Made by a program: the position numbers and the translations under genes. Shown one piece after another: positions 34,898 through 45,370 of a stretch of DNA of 64,000 nt. Under the pieces are notes generated by a model. It did no database searches, was not told the DNA's origin, and was given only the letters and a program-made list of their open reading frames with translations. Every line of letters starts with the position of its first letter. Positions within the stretch are counted from its first letter, which is position 1. Origin of the DNA: an uncultured Dehalococcoidia bacterium (GTDB lineage Bacteria; Chloroflexota; Dehalococcoidia; Lucifugimonadales; Lucifugimonadaceae); the NCBI GenBank assembly GCA_958295935.1, contig OY282385.1, positions 1,961,545 to 2,025,544 of the forward strand, in the 5' to 3' direction.

Positions 34898-35956
34898 ATG
34901 ACGGCTAACAGCCCTGCCAACACACCGCCAAAAAGTAGACCAACGTCTGGCCGGCCGCGCATACTCACCGGCATCCGCCCCACCGGCGCGCTTCATCTTG
35001 GGCACTACGTCGGCGCGCTCAAGAACTGGGTGCGCCTGCAAGACGAATATGAGTGCTACTTCCTGATCGCCGACTACCAGGCTCTTGGAGACCACTTCCA
35101 TGAAATCGACCTGATCAGGGAATCGGTCATAGAAGTCACTCTCGACTTCCTGGCCGTGGGGCTGGATCCGGAGAAATCGACCTTCGTCGTCCAGAGCTAC
35201 GTACCGGAGCACGCCGAACTGGCTATGCTCCTGAGCTTCATCACGCAATTGGGTATGCTCGAACGCAATCCCACACTCAAGGCCGAACTCGATAGCCTGC
35301 CCGTGACCCACCGCACGGTGGGGTTCTACAACTACCCCATGAGCCAGGTGGCGGACATACTGTTGCCGCGGGCCCACCTGGTACCCGTGGGAGAGGATCA
35401 GGCTCCGCACGTCGAGATGACCAGGGAGGTGGCGCGCAAGTTCAATCGTATGTTCGGCGAGGTATTCCCGGAGCCGCAGACCCTCGTCGGCGAGGTGGGT
35501 CGGTTGGTGGGAACGGACGGCGCCGGAAAGATGAGCAAGAGCAGCGGAAACGTCATCATGCTTTCCGACGGCGAGGCGGACGTGAACGAGAAGGTGCGCA
35601 GTATGTTCACCGATCCCAGGAGAGTACGCGCCGATATTCCGGGTAGAGTCGAAGGCAACCCCTTGTTCGAGTACCACGATGCCTTCAACCCTGACACTGG
35701 CCAGGTTGACGAGTTCAAGGAGCGCTACAGGGCTGGAAAGGTGGGTGACGTAGAGGTCAAGAAAGCGCTGGCCCTGGCTATCAACCGTTTTCTCGACCCG
35801 ATCAGGGAACGCAGGGAGTACTACGAGCAGCGCCCCGGGCTGGTCGAGGATGCGATCATCTCCGGCGCAGAGCGGGCGAGCGCCATAGCCTCCGAGACCA
35901 TGATCATGGTGCGAGACGCCATGCGCATATCGTCATACACCTCGACGCGTCGATGA
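34898..35956 (+). CDS. trpS: Tryptophan--tRNA ligase.
   Basis: It has HLGH ([13 protein letters not shown]) and KMSKS class I aaRS motifs. Confidence 0.85.
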   Translation: MTANSPANTPPKSRPTSGRPRILTGIRPTGALHLGHYVGALKNWVRLQDEYECYFLIADYQALGDHFHEIDLIRESVIEVTLDFLAVGLDPEKSTFVVQSYVPEHAELAMLLSFITQLGMLERNPTLKAELDSLPVTHRTVGFYNYPMSQVADILLPRAHLVPVGEDQAPHVEMTREVARKFNRMFGEVFPEPQTLVGEVGRLVGTDGAGKMSKSSGNVIMLSDGEADVNEKVRSMFTDPRRVRADIPGRVEGNPLFEYHDAFNPDTGQVDEFKERYRAGKVGDVEVKKALALAINRFLDPIRERREYYEQRPGLVEDAIISGAERASAIASETMIMVRDAMRISSYTSTRR

Positions 35957-36195
35957 GGATTGGCGTTTCACGGCCGGGGACTGTCTCCCCCGCCACTCTG
36001 TATCGGACGCAGCGGCTGCAGCGCAAACGTACGGCCTCAGCGCAGGCTGACTTCACAAGAGATTCCACCTTGCGAAAGCACGTGACATACCGCCGGGAGC
36101 ATACGATGCACGGCCCGACTGACCCAGGAAGGTTCCTCTGGCGACGCCGCTCTGCGTCCGCCCGATAGCCCCCCATACCGCAAAAGGGAACCACT

Positions 36196-37707
36196 GTGTA
36201 CTACAAGCCAGACATAGAAACGTTCAGGTCTCTTGCCAGAGAGGCGAATCTGATACCCGTTTACCAGGAGATCACCGCTGACCTGGAGACCCCGGTTTCG
36301 GCATACCTGAAGACCGCCCGGGGGCCCTATTCCTGGTTGCTCGAATCGGTCGAGGGCGGCGAGAACGTGGCTCGATACAGTTTCATGGGCACTGAGCCAT
36401 CGGAAGTCCTCATATCCGGGCCGGGCGAGCGAGATGGAGAAGTCGACCCTCTCGAACTGCTTCAGTCGCGCACGTCCGGGGTGAAGTACGCCGCGGTGCC
36501 GGGCCTCCCTTATTTTCACGGCGGCGCAGTTGGCTACGTGGGCTATGAGGCGATCAGATATTTTGAGCCCAAGGTGCCGCCGCTGCCCATGCCGGGCGTC
36601 GGCGTACCCGAGGCGGTTTTCATGCTGACCGACTCGTTGCTCATATTCGACCACGTTCGCCACACCATCGCGGTGGTGGGACACGCCCGTGTAGACGGAG
36701 ACCCGGACGCCGCCTACCAGAGAGCCACCCAGCGCATCCAGGACATGGTCGGACGTCTGGAGGCGCCACTGCCGGCACAGGCATACAGGCTCGCCCCGGC
36801 AAGAACCGGCGTGACCTCCGATGCCGGCCTGGATTACTCGCACAACCAAGATGCCAACGCGGGCCTGCCGACCAGTTCCAATATGAGCCGCGCAGACTAT
36901 GAGACGATGATCGAGGTCGCCCGCCGGGGGATCTACGACGGCGAGTTGATCCAGGTGGTGTTATCTCAACGGCTCTCACGCCCTACCGGCGCGGCCCCGT
37001 TCGACGTCTACAGGTCGCTCAGGGGAGTGAACCCGTCCCCATATATGTTCTATCTGGACCTTGGAGGGTTTCAGGTCGCAGGCGCCTCGCCGGAGTTGCT
37101 GGTGCAGATGATAGACGGCGACGTAGCCGTTCATCCCATAGCAGGCACGAGACCCAGAGGGGACACCCCGCAAGAGGATGAAGCGCTGGCCCGCGAACTG
37201 GCCCAAGACGAGAAAGAACGGGCGGAACACGTGATGCTGCTGGACCTGGGCCGCAACGACGTGGGCAGGGTTTCGGTTCCCGGAACAGTGAAAGTCACCC
37301 AGCAACTCGACCTGGAACGCTACTCACACGTGATGCACCTCGTTTCGCACGTTACAGGCAAGCTGCGGGATGAGTACGATGCCTACGACGCCCTGCGAGC
37401 AGGTTTTCCGGCAGGCACGGTTTCCGGAGCGCCCAAGGTGCGCGCCATGGAGATGATCGCCGAGTTGGAGCGTGACAAGCGCGGCCTATACTCCGGCGCA
37501 GTCGGATACTTCAGCTATACCGGCAACATGGACACCGCTATCTGCATCCGATCCATCGTGCTCAAGGACGGCGTGGCGCACATGCAAGCAGGCGGCGGCG
37601 TTGTCGCCGATTCCACGCCCAGCGGAGAATACCAGGAGTCACTGATCAAGATCGGCGCCCTGATGCGCGCCATCGACCACGCCGAGGACGTCGCCGGTGC
37701 CTCTTGA
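36196..37707 (+). CDS. trpE: Anthranilate synthase component I.
   Basis: A GTG start follows AAGGGA. It carries TrpE chorismate-binding motifs (...LESVEGGE...VLSQRLS...GAVGYFSYTGNMDTAICIRS). Confidence 0.85.
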   Translation: MYYKPDIETFRSLAREANLIPVYQEITADLETPVSAYLKTARGPYSWLLESVEGGENVARYSFMGTEPSEVLISGPGERDGEVDPLELLQSRTSGVKYAAVPGLPYFHGGAVGYVGYEAIRYFEPKVPPLPMPGVGVPEAVFMLTDSLLIFDHVRHTIAVVGHARVDGDPDAAYQRATQRIQDMVGRLEAPLPAQAYRLAPARTGVTSDAGLDYSHNQDANAGLPTSSNMSRADYETMIEVARRGIYDGELIQVVLSQRLSRPTGAAPFDVYRSLRGVNPSPYMFYLDLGGFQVAGASPELLVQMIDGDVAVHPIAGTRPRGDTPQEDEALARELAQDEKERAEHVMLLDLGRNDVGRVSVPGTVKVTQQLDLERYSHVMHLVSHVTGKLRDEYDAYDALRAGFPAGTVSGAPKVRAMEMIAELERDKRGLYSGAVGYFSYTGNMDTAICIRSIVLKDGVAHMQAGGGVVADSTPSGEYQESLIKIGALMRAIDHAEDVAGAS

Positions 37708-37890
37708 CTTCATCGCAAGGTTGGGTCTGCCGGAATTCAGGCGGCTTGACCTCCGATTCCCACTGGCGCCCCTGGCCGCTATCGACGCGGCGGAGAGAAT
37801 GGCAGTCCTTCGCGGCCAGCGGGCTGCACGAAGCGCCATGGCGGTCGCGACAGGCTGAGCCGCCGCAGCACGGAGAATCAGGATGCCCCC

Positions 37891-38454
37891 ATGGTCTTGC
37901 TGATAGACAACTACGATAGCTTCACCTTCAACCTCTACCAGTACCTTTGCGAACTGGGCGCCGAGGTCGAGGTGATCAGGAACGACGAAGCCACCGCAGA
38001 CGAGATCGAGGCGATGGACCCTGATCGCCTGGTCATCTCTCCCGGCCCGTCCCGCCCCGAAAGCGCCGGTGTGTCGGTGGAAGCCGTCCGACGGTTTGCA
38101 GGAAGGAAACCGCTGCTGGGGGTTTGCCTGGGGCACCAGTGCATTGGAGCAGCCTTTGGCGCAACGATACAGGGCGCGGGTGAAATCAAGCACGGAAAGA
38201 CCTCCATGATCGAGCACGACGGCAAAGGTCTGTTCAAAGGTGTCCCCAATCCATTCGAGGCTGTTCGCTACCACTCCCTCGCCATTCGACCGGGCACCCT
38301 GCCCGACGACTTCGAGGTGACGGCGCGTTCAACGTCCGGGGTGATCATGGGGGTCAGGCATCGCAGAGCGCCCGTAGAAGGCGTACAGTTCCACCCGGAG
38401 TCCATACTCACCGCGCCCGGCAAGCAGATACTCCGGAACTTTCTGGACATGTAG
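37891..38454 (+). CDS. trpG: Anthranilate synthase component II (glutamine amidotransferase).
   Basis: MVLLIDNYDSFTFNL...GVCLGHQ...HPES is the class I GATase triad. Confidence 0.85.
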   Translation: MVLLIDNYDSFTFNLYQYLCELGAEVEVIRNDEATADEIEAMDPDRLVISPGPSRPESAGVSVEAVRRFAGRKPLLGVCLGHQCIGAAFGATIQGAGEIKHGKTSMIEHDGKGLFKGVPNPFEAVRYHSLAIRPGTLPDDFEVTARSTSGVIMGVRHRRAPVEGVQFHPESILTAPGKQILRNFLDM

Positions 38455-38507
38455 GCTCACCCCCGCCGCCAGGCATAGCAGGCCGCACGGTGAGCAGGAA
38501 ACAAGCG

Positions 38508-39554
38508 ATGAACATCCAGCAGGGAATACAAGCGGTTGCGGAGCGCGAGGATCTGAGCGTCGAAGACGCGGCGAGCGTGATGCGGCAGATCATGGCCGCC
38601 GAGGCCACGCCGGCCCAGTTCGGGGCATTTGTCACCGCTCTACGCATGAAGGGAGAAACGCCCGAGGAAATAGCCGGCATGGCCATGGCCATGCGCGAGG
38701 TTTCCCTGCACGTCGATACGGACATCTCAGCCGTGGACACCTGCGGCACCGGCGGAGACTCCATGGGTTGGTTCAACGTATCTACGGCCGCGGCTTTCGT
38801 AGTAGCGGGCGCCGGAGTACCGGTGGCCAAGCACGGCAACCGAGCCATGTCAGGGGCCACGGGCAGCGCAGACGCGCTGGACGCGCTCGGGGTAAAGATC
38901 GACCTGGGCCCCGACGGCGCAAGACGATGCATCGAGCTGACCGGGATCTGCTTTATGTTCGCCCAGGAATTCCACCCGGCCATGAAGTTCGCAGGGCCGC
39001 TCCGTCCACAATTGGGCATCCGAACAGTCTTCAACCTGCTCGGCCCTCTTACCAATCCGGCCGGGACGAAGCGCCAGGTTATAGGCGTGTATGACGGCTC
39101 AGCGGCGGAAAAGATCGCCAAGGCGTTGTCCATTCTGGGAGCCGAGTACACCTTGGTGGTACATGCAGACTCCGGCGCAGACGAGATAGACGTCGAGGGA
39201 CACACTCTTGTGTACCAAGTAACTGCGGATGCGATGAAGCGTCGGCGCACTCGGCCTGCGGACTTTGGGTTGCCGGAGGGCAGCCGCTCTCACCTGGCCG
39301 TCCGCAACGCGGCGGCCAGCGCGCAGACCATCCGCAACGTGCTCGATTCCAAAGGCGGTGGACACAATGCCCCGCCCGGCCCCGCCCGGTCGGCCAGGAA
39401 CGTCGTGGTAATGAACGCCGCGGCAGCGCTCCTGGCCGCGGGCAAGGCGGACAGCTTTCAGGACGGCGCTGCGTTGGCTATGGAATCGATCGATTCAGGC
39501 GCGGCACGCGAGCGGCTCGAAAGGCTGATCACAGTGAGCAACGAGGCACAGTGA
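38508..39554 (+). CDS. trpD: Anthranilate phosphoribosyltransferase.
   Basis: It contains ...KGETPEEIAG...DTCGTGGD...KHGNRA. ATG 38508 (AGGAA upstream) is preferred over GTG 38490. Confidence 0.85.
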   Translation: MNIQQGIQAVAEREDLSVEDAASVMRQIMAAEATPAQFGAFVTALRMKGETPEEIAGMAMAMREVSLHVDTDISAVDTCGTGGDSMGWFNVSTAAAFVVAGAGVPVAKHGNRAMSGATGSADALDALGVKIDLGPDGARRCIELTGICFMFAQEFHPAMKFAGPLRPQLGIRTVFNLLGPLTNPAGTKRQVIGVYDGSAAEKIAKALSILGAEYTLVVHADSGADEIDVEGHTLVYQVTADAMKRRRTRPADFGLPEGSRSHLAVRNAAASAQTIRNVLDSKGGGHNAPPGPARSARNVVVMNAAAALLAAGKADSFQDGAALAMESIDSGAARERLERLITVSNEAQ

Positions 39555-40378
39555 CGAGTGCCAGGTCAACCGCCAGTGCCGGCGTTCTCGACCGGATAGT
39601 CGAGGCGAAACGGCTCCGCGTCGAGCAAGCTCGGAGAGACGTTCCAACCGCCAGACTCCGGGAACTGGCGGAACAGTCTCCCCCCCCTGTCTCACTGGCC
39701 AATGCCCTCGCAAACCGGCCTGGCATAGCCATGATCGCCGAGATGAAGAGGAGGGCTCCTTCCGCAGGTGAGCTTGACCTCGACATGGACCCCGCCGAGC
39801 GCGCGGGCGCATACTGCGCGGCGGGCGCTGCCGCTATATCCGTACTCACCGAGTACGATCACTTTATGGGGACTGTGGAAGACCTGACAAGGGCTAGGAG
39901 CGTGGCCGCCCGGCATGGTGTGTCGGTACTGGAGAAGGACTTTGTGTTCGACGAGTACCAGATTTGGCAGGCGCGAGCCGCAGGCGCAGACGCCATCCTG
40001 CTAATCGTAGCCATCCTGGATCCGTCGCAGTACAAAGACCTGTTCGAGCTCAGCCGCAGTCTCGGTATGGACGCGCTCGTCGAATCGTTCGACGAACAGG
40101 ACCTGGAGGTCGCGTTGTCCGCGGACCCAGAGGTCGTCGGCATCAACAACCGCAATCTCAGAACGCTCGAAACCTCTCTGGACGTGTTCGAGCGATTGGC
40201 GCCCCTCATAGGGCTTGGTAGAATCGCGGTTGCGGAAAGCGGCATGAAGAACGCCGCAGACGTGGAGCGCATGGGACGGGCCGGGGCAAAGGCAATACTC
40301 GTAGGCGAGTCTCTCATGCGCGCTCGCGGCAACGCATCTACTCTTATACAGGCTATGTCACAGGTCGACGTTCAATGA
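39551..40378 (+). CDS. trpC: Indole-3-glycerol phosphate synthase.
   Basis: It contains ...AEMKRRAPSAG...VLTE...INNRNL. The start overlaps the trpD stop (GTGA). Confidence 0.8.
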   Translation: MTSARSTASAGVLDRIVEAKRLRVEQARRDVPTARLRELAEQSPPPVSLANALANRPGIAMIAEMKRRAPSAGELDLDMDPAERAGAYCAAGAAAISVLTEYDHFMGTVEDLTRARSVAARHGVSVLEKDFVFDEYQIWQARAAGADAILLIVAILDPSQYKDLFELSRSLGMDALVESFDEQDLEVALSADPEVVGINNRNLRTLETSLDVFERLAPLIGLGRIAVAESGMKNAADVERMGRAGAKAILVGESLMRARGNASTLIQAMSQVDVQ

Positions 40379-41043
40379 GCGGGTACAAGCCGAAAATCAA
40401 GATCTGCGGCATCCGGGATGCCGACATAGCGCTCGATGCGGCCAAAGCCGGCGTGGATCTTCTGGGGCTGGTCTTTGTGGAAGGCGTGAGGAGGCAGTTG
40501 AAAGTCATGGAAGGCGCGGCCGTGGTCGCGCGCTACCGACTGCGGGCGGACGTACGAGGGTATCGAACAAGGTTCGTCGGGCTTTTTCGGAACCAGCCTA
40601 GAGATTGGGTGAACGAAGTTTCCAAGCGAGCCGCGCTGGACTACGTGCAGTTATGCGGAGAAGAAGACGAGGACTACGTTCGCGGCATCTGGCGGCCCGT
40701 GCTGCGGCAGATCAGAGTACGCAGCGAGATGACCGCAGCTCACCTGGAAGAAGCGGCCTCGCCCCATCTGAACGCCGGGCGCATGGTGTTGCTGGACCGT
40801 TTCGACGAGGATACCCCCGGCGGATCGGGTAAGACGTTCGACTGGTCCAAGGCCGAGGGCGTTGCGGACAAGGACGGCGTGCTGCTGGCAGGGGGGCTAT
40901 CGCCCGACAACGTAGAGGATGCGATCCAGAGACTCCGGCCCTGGGGCGTTGACGTATCCAGCGGAGTCGAGAGCGGCGGAGTCAAGGACCGGGAGAAGAT
41001 CAGAGCGTTTGTCGCTGCTGCGCGCGGCCAACGAGTCGCGTGA
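40375..41043 (+). CDS. trpF: Phosphoribosylanthranilate isomerase.
   Basis: KIKICGI...LLGLVF...LAGGLSPDNV is the TrpF TIM-barrel signature. The start overlaps the trpC stop. Confidence 0.8.
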   Translation: MSGYKPKIKICGIRDADIALDAAKAGVDLLGLVFVEGVRRQLKVMEGAAVVARYRLRADVRGYRTRFVGLFRNQPRDWVNEVSKRAALDYVQLCGEEDEDYVRGIWRPVLRQIRVRSEMTAAHLEEAASPHLNAGRMVLLDRFDEDTPGGSGKTFDWSKAEGVADKDGVLLAGGLSPDNVEDAIQRLRPWGVDVSSGVESGGVKDREKIRAFVAAARGQRVA

Positions 41044-41321
41044 GGCTTCCACAGGACAAGGGCCATCCGCTGGTAAAGGCCCCTGTCATCATGGGCTGAG
41101 CGAGGATATTGAGTGCCGATCATCCCTGTGCATCCTGATCTATCGAAGGGCTGAGCGCGACCATCGGGTTAGAGACGTATGAGAATCAGGGGTGCAGGGT
41201 AGAGAAGGAGACCGTTTGGCGCCGTAATTCAACTGGAATTACGGTAACGCGGCGGTACGAAATGCAGGCGGCCGCGCTGAGGGCGTAGTTGGACACGGCA
41301 AGACGGCTGGATCGGAGGGGC

Positions 41322-42023
41322 TTACGCGGGGCCGAAGAAGAACCGCATTCTTGCGGCAGGCACGCCCCCTCTGCCGGCCGCCACGGCCATTACCGCCGCC
41401 ACGGCTACGTCGGTTGTGACTCTCGCCCCCTCGTCTTCCCAACTTTCCGTCTCGATATTCTCGTTGCCGTCGGCATCGGTCGTAACTTTCGTGTCTCGCA
41501 TGGCGGCTGTCATCAGCAAGCTGCGCAGAGGCCGGACTTTGCCCATCTCGCACGCCTCGCGGAACGCCTTGATGTCGGATGAGCCTTTCTCTAAGTCTGT
41601 TGATCGTAGGTCGAGGTGTGCCGAAGGAATTCCGGCTGCGGCTATGCTTTCGAGGAACAGGTCTGCCCGCCATTGGTCCACGGCTACGATTGCCGGGCGG
41701 CCAAATCTCCTCATCACGGCCTGCAAGAAATTGGGAAGATGGACAAGCCGGGCGCCGATCGTTACCAGTTCTCCGCGTACAGCCATACCCATGTAGAGGT
41801 TGCCGACGCCATCGCGCTGACTGAATTCACGGAGGCCCGGCATGCTAGGAAATGCGGCAAGAGCCTCCAGTCTTCCCGTTTCAGGCCAGTACCCAGCGGC
41901 TGCTACGAGCGCTGAACCGCTTGCGTTGATCCCCCACACGGTCGGCGGAGCAGCCGGCGGCGCCACGCCGTCTCTAACTTCTATGCGCTCCCATGTCCCG
42001 GCCTCCAGAAGTCTGTTTTCCAT
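41322..42023 (-). CDS. Hypothetical protein (possibly an RNase H-like-fold nuclease; family not recognised).
   Basis: A complete ORF, MENRLLEAGTWERIEV...TVWGINASGSALVAAAGYW..., lies convergent with trpF. Confidence 0.3.
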   Translation of the reverse strand: MENRLLEAGTWERIEVRDGVAPPAAPPTVWGINASGSALVAAAGYWPETGRLEALAAFPSMPGLREFSQRDGVGNLYMGMAVRGELVTIGARLVHLPNFLQAVMRRFGRPAIVAVDQWRADLFLESIAAAGIPSAHLDLRSTDLEKGSSDIKAFREACEMGKVRPLRSLLMTAAMRDTKVTTDADGNENIETESWEDEGARVTTDVAVAAVMAVAAGRGGVPAARMRFFFGPA

Positions 42024-42080
42024 CGAAATGGGCTCCGCGTATCGCTGTGCTGCGTTGGGCAGGACGTCGGACGTTAAAGA

Positions 42081-43016
42081 CTAGGGAGCGCTACTGTCCG
42101 CCGCGCCCGCCGCCCTCGCTCGATCCCCTGCCAGACCCTCTATTACCTGGATCAGCGCGTGATGCCCCTGACCGGTGGCATCCTCACCCTGGGCCTGTAG
42201 CGAGCGGTACAGGTTGGAGACCAACGCCACCATGGGCATGGGCGAAGCCACTTCCGCTCCCAGCTCCTGGGCCAGCCGGAGGTCCTTCTGCATGTGCCTC
42301 ACCATGAAGCCTGGGGAAAAATCCCCCTTCAATATCTTTGGCCCCAGCTTTTCTAGGTGCCATGACGTACTGGCGCCACGCGTGGCAGCGCTCAGAAACC
42401 TTTCGAGGTCAAGGCCGGCCTTGCTGGCAAATACCAAGCCCTCACAGATGCCGATAGTGCAGCCTATGCCCAGCACCTGATTGGCGAGTTTAGCGGTGTG
42501 ACCCATACCGCCGGGTCCCATGTGAGTGACTGACGATCCTAGTACTTCCAACGCCGGCCGGCACCGCTCGAACACCTCGGCGTCACCGCCGGCAAGTATC
42601 GACAAGGTGGCATTGACCGCGCCCACCTCTCCGCCGGTCACCGGCGCGTCCAGCATCTCCACGCCCCGGTCTTTCAACTTGGCGGCCAGGGACTGCCCAA
42701 CTATCGGGGAGATGGTGCTCATGTCGATCACGACCGAGCCCGGCGCGGCTCCCTCTATGATTCCGTTTGGACCTGCAATCGCAGCCTCGACGTGCTGGGA
42801 GTCCGGCACCATCGTGATCGTCACGTCCGATCTGGCAGCCGCGTCCGCCGGACTGGCTGCGCCGCGGGCGCCTCTCGCCGTGAGCCGTTCGATCGCATCC
42901 GGGCGTACGTCGTACACACTGGTCTCGTAGCCCGCGTCGATCAAGTGCCCCGCCATGGGCGCGCCCATTATGCCCAATCCCACGAAACCGATTCTGTCCT
43001 TGCCGCTTTCCGACAT
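42081..43016 (-). CDS. NAD(P)-dependent 3-hydroxyisobutyrate dehydrogenase-family oxidoreductase (tartronate-semialdehyde reductase GarR-like).
   Basis: MSESGKDRIGFVGLGIMGAPMAGHL (GxGxxG) and ...GHTAKLANQVL are conserved 6-phosphogluconate dehydrogenase-like motifs. Confidence 0.75.
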   Translation of the reverse strand: MSESGKDRIGFVGLGIMGAPMAGHLIDAGYETSVYDVRPDAIERLTARGARGAASPADAAARSDVTITMVPDSQHVEAAIAGPNGIIEGAAPGSVVIDMSTISPIVGQSLAAKLKDRGVEMLDAPVTGGEVGAVNATLSILAGGDAEVFERCRPALEVLGSSVTHMGPGGMGHTAKLANQVLGIGCTIGICEGLVFASKAGLDLERFLSAATRGASTSWHLEKLGPKILKGDFSPGFMVRHMQKDLRLAQELGAEVASPMPMVALVSNLYRSLQAQGEDATGQGHHALIQVIEGLAGDRARAAGAADSSAP

Positions 43017-43049
43017 GTTCTCCGTCCATTCCGTTCGGTTTGACCCGAT

Positions 43050-43820
43050 TCAGCCGTCGAGGCTGCTGCGTACGTCGTTCAGGTACGCTTGGCACCCTGC
43101 TGAGAAGAAGCGGTTAGTACCGCTGACCAGCCACTTGATGCCGATGTCGCTCCATTGTCTTGCATGACCGCCATCCATAGCGATCGATCCCACGTGCTTT
43201 CCGGCAGCCAGGATCTTAGGGGTGAGAGTCTCGATAGTCTCGACCACCTTTGGGTGCCTCAGCTGTCCGTGCACTCCGAACACGGAGGACAGGTCTCCGG
43301 GACCCAGGAAAACCAGGTCCACGTTCTCGGTACCTATGATTTCATCCTGGTTCTCGATGGCCTCGAGTGTCTCGATCTGGATGGCTATGAAGGTCTCTTC
43401 GTTCGCCTCCTTGACGTACTCGGCCATGTCCTGAACGCCGTACATACTTCCGCGCCCACCGAACAGGCCGCGCCGCCCCATGGGCGGATACTTGACGGCA
43501 TCCACCACGGCCCTGGCTTCTTCGCCGGTATTGATCAATGGCATGAGCACGCCCGCGGCGCCCGCGTCCATGTAGCGCTGTACGTGTTGCTGTACGTTCA
43601 TGCCTATGCGCACGACCGGCGTGATGTCGGACAGTTCCGCGGCTCGGATCATGTTTTCTGTGGTCTCGTAGTCCATGGGGCAGTGTTCGCAATCGATGAT
43701 TACGAAGTCGAACCCCAGCCACCCCATAGTTTCTACGAGCGACGGCGCCGGTGAATTGACGAACCCCCCGATGGTCGCTTTACCAGCGTTCAGCTTCTGC
43801 TTGAGTGTGTTCTTTCTCAC
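43050..43820 (-). CDS. HpcH/HpaI-family 2-keto-3-deoxy sugar-acid aldolase (GarL-like).
   Basis: ...RIGMNVQQHVQRYMDAGAAGVLMPLINTGEEARAVVDAVKYPPMGRRG is the HpcH/HpaI pattern. It lies next to a GarR-like reductase. Confidence 0.7.
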   Translation of the reverse strand: MRKNTLKQKLNAGKATIGGFVNSPAPSLVETMGWLGFDFVIIDCEHCPMDYETTENMIRAAELSDITPVVRIGMNVQQHVQRYMDAGAAGVLMPLINTGEEARAVVDAVKYPPMGRRGLFGGRGSMYGVQDMAEYVKEANEETFIAIQIETLEAIENQDEIIGTENVDLVFLGPGDLSSVFGVHGQLRHPKVVETIETLTPKILAAGKHVGSIAMDGGHARQWSDIGIKWLVSGTNRFFSAGCQAYLNDVRSSLDG

Positions 43821-44095
43821 TTTCCTGTCTCCCTAAACTCGTGCCCAGCGCCGCAGGGTGATCAAAGCCTGCGCTTTTCAACGCGCCCCGTCGATCCCGG
43901 CTTCCCTGCGGGCTTTGCATGACCCGGCCTGGAATCCACGCCCGCGCCGTCACTCTGAACCCGGCCCTCGTTCCGGTTGTGTAAGGGTCTACTTTCGCGT
44001 TGGACGCGTAAACCAACCTACGGCAACGGTTGCAAAATCGCGGTATCATGCCTTTCAATTCTTCACCAAGGTACTGCCAGCACGGGAGGAGCGTT

Positions 44096-45088
44096 ATGGC
44101 CAAGAACCGCATCAAAGGCTACTACACATACTTCTACGGCGACTCCACCGAAACGACGGAGAAGAGAAGGCCAGTATCCAACGCGGCTCCGATCGAGGAC
44201 CTTTCGCACGTGGACCCCGGAACGCGCGCCCGATACTTCCGAGACAATCTCTATCCCTACTCGCACAGGATGACCAACGAGGAGTACTACAACAACAAGT
44301 TTCCGCTACAGGTGGAGTTGGTAAAGCTCCAGAAATGGATGAGAAAGACCGGGGAGCGGCTGATCATTCTGTTCGAAGGCCGAGACGCGGCCGGAAAGGG
44401 GGGAACCATCAGGCGTTTCATGGAGCACTGGAACCCCCGAGGCGCCCGAGTCGTGGCTCTTGAAAAACCCTCCGACGTGGAGAACGGGCAGTGGTACTTC
44501 CAGCGTTACATAGAGCAGTTTCCGACTGCCGGCGAAATCGTCCTGTTCGACCGCTCCTGGTACAACCGCGCCGGTGTCGAGCGTGTCATGGGCTTTTCCA
44601 CTGATCGAGAGTATCGGGAATTCATCCACCAAACCCCCGTGCTGGAACGGATGATAGTTGGAAGCGGTATCCGGCTAATCAAATTTTACTTCTCAGTTAG
44701 CCGGAAAGAGCAGAAGCGCCGGTTTAAGCGACGGAAGAAAGACCTGCTGAAGCAGTGGAAACTGAGCGATCTGGACATGAAGTCCGCAGCCAAGTGGGAC
44801 GCCTACACGAAGGCCAAGAAGGAAATGTTCTTCTACACTCATACGCCTGCCGCGCCGTGGATCATGATCAAGGCCGATGACAAAATGCGGGCGCGCGTCA
44901 ACGCCATACGTCATCTGATCCACACAACCGACTATGAGGGAAAGGATGAGTCCGTGGCCTCCTCACCCGACCCATGGATAGTCGCATCCGTCGAGGACGT
45001 ATACGAGGTACTCACTAGGCAGATGCCCGTGGGAAGCGCAGACCCAAACGGCAAAGGGCCGGAGCTGGAAGTCTTGAGTACCGCGTAA
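44096..45088 (+). CDS. ppk2: Polyphosphate kinase 2.
   Basis: ...LIILFEGRDAAGKGGTIRRFMEHWNPRG...FDRSWYNRAGVERV gives the PPK2 Walker A and lid. GGGAGGA precedes ATG 44096. Confidence 0.8.
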   Translation: MAKNRIKGYYTYFYGDSTETTEKRRPVSNAAPIEDLSHVDPGTRARYFRDNLYPYSHRMTNEEYYNNKFPLQVELVKLQKWMRKTGERLIILFEGRDAAGKGGTIRRFMEHWNPRGARVVALEKPSDVENGQWYFQRYIEQFPTAGEIVLFDRSWYNRAGVERVMGFSTDREYREFIHQTPVLERMIVGSGIRLIKFYFSVSRKEQKRRFKRRKKDLLKQWKLSDLDMKSAAKWDAYTKAKKEMFFYTHTPAAPWIMIKADDKMRARVNAIRHLIHTTDYEGKDESVASSPDPWIVASVEDVYEVLTRQMPVGSADPNGKGPELEVLSTA

Positions 45089-45370
45089 CCTCCTACCTTC
45101 TCAGGTAGAGAGCCTGTGGGCAGTACGCCCAAGGGTTGGCCGGCGCCGGTTTTTGCGGGAATGGCTCCCCAACGGAGATCTTTGCACAATCCCAAGTGGC
45201 GGCATACGCGATATTCCAACCTCACTCATTGCGAGAGAGATTTTTGCGTCTCCCAACCGGAATTGTGTGAAGATATCCGAGTATCGAGCGGCAGGTCGTA
45301 GAATGGGAAGCCCAAAGGGTGGCGGCGCTCCGGAGAAAGCTGCGGGAAAGATCTGTGAGCGAGGCGCGCC

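Noticed and set aside
34568-35677. 369-aa minus-strand ORF
   Set aside because: It is antisense to trpS, which has unambiguous HLGH/KMSKS motifs, and is a typical GC-rich shadow ORF. The same applies to 36037-36849 (antisense to trpE), 61239-62279 (antisense to rnhA/moaC), 18215-19084 (antisense to moeA), 49230-50111 (antisense to the MR/MLE gene) and 11698-12603 (antisense to the 585-aa gene).
35957-36195. Possible trp leader peptide or attenuator between trpS and trpE (small ORF MHGPTDPGRFLWRRRSASAR)
   Set aside because: It has only a single Trp codon, no tandem W codons, no terminator/antiterminator pair with a U tract, and no T-box core.
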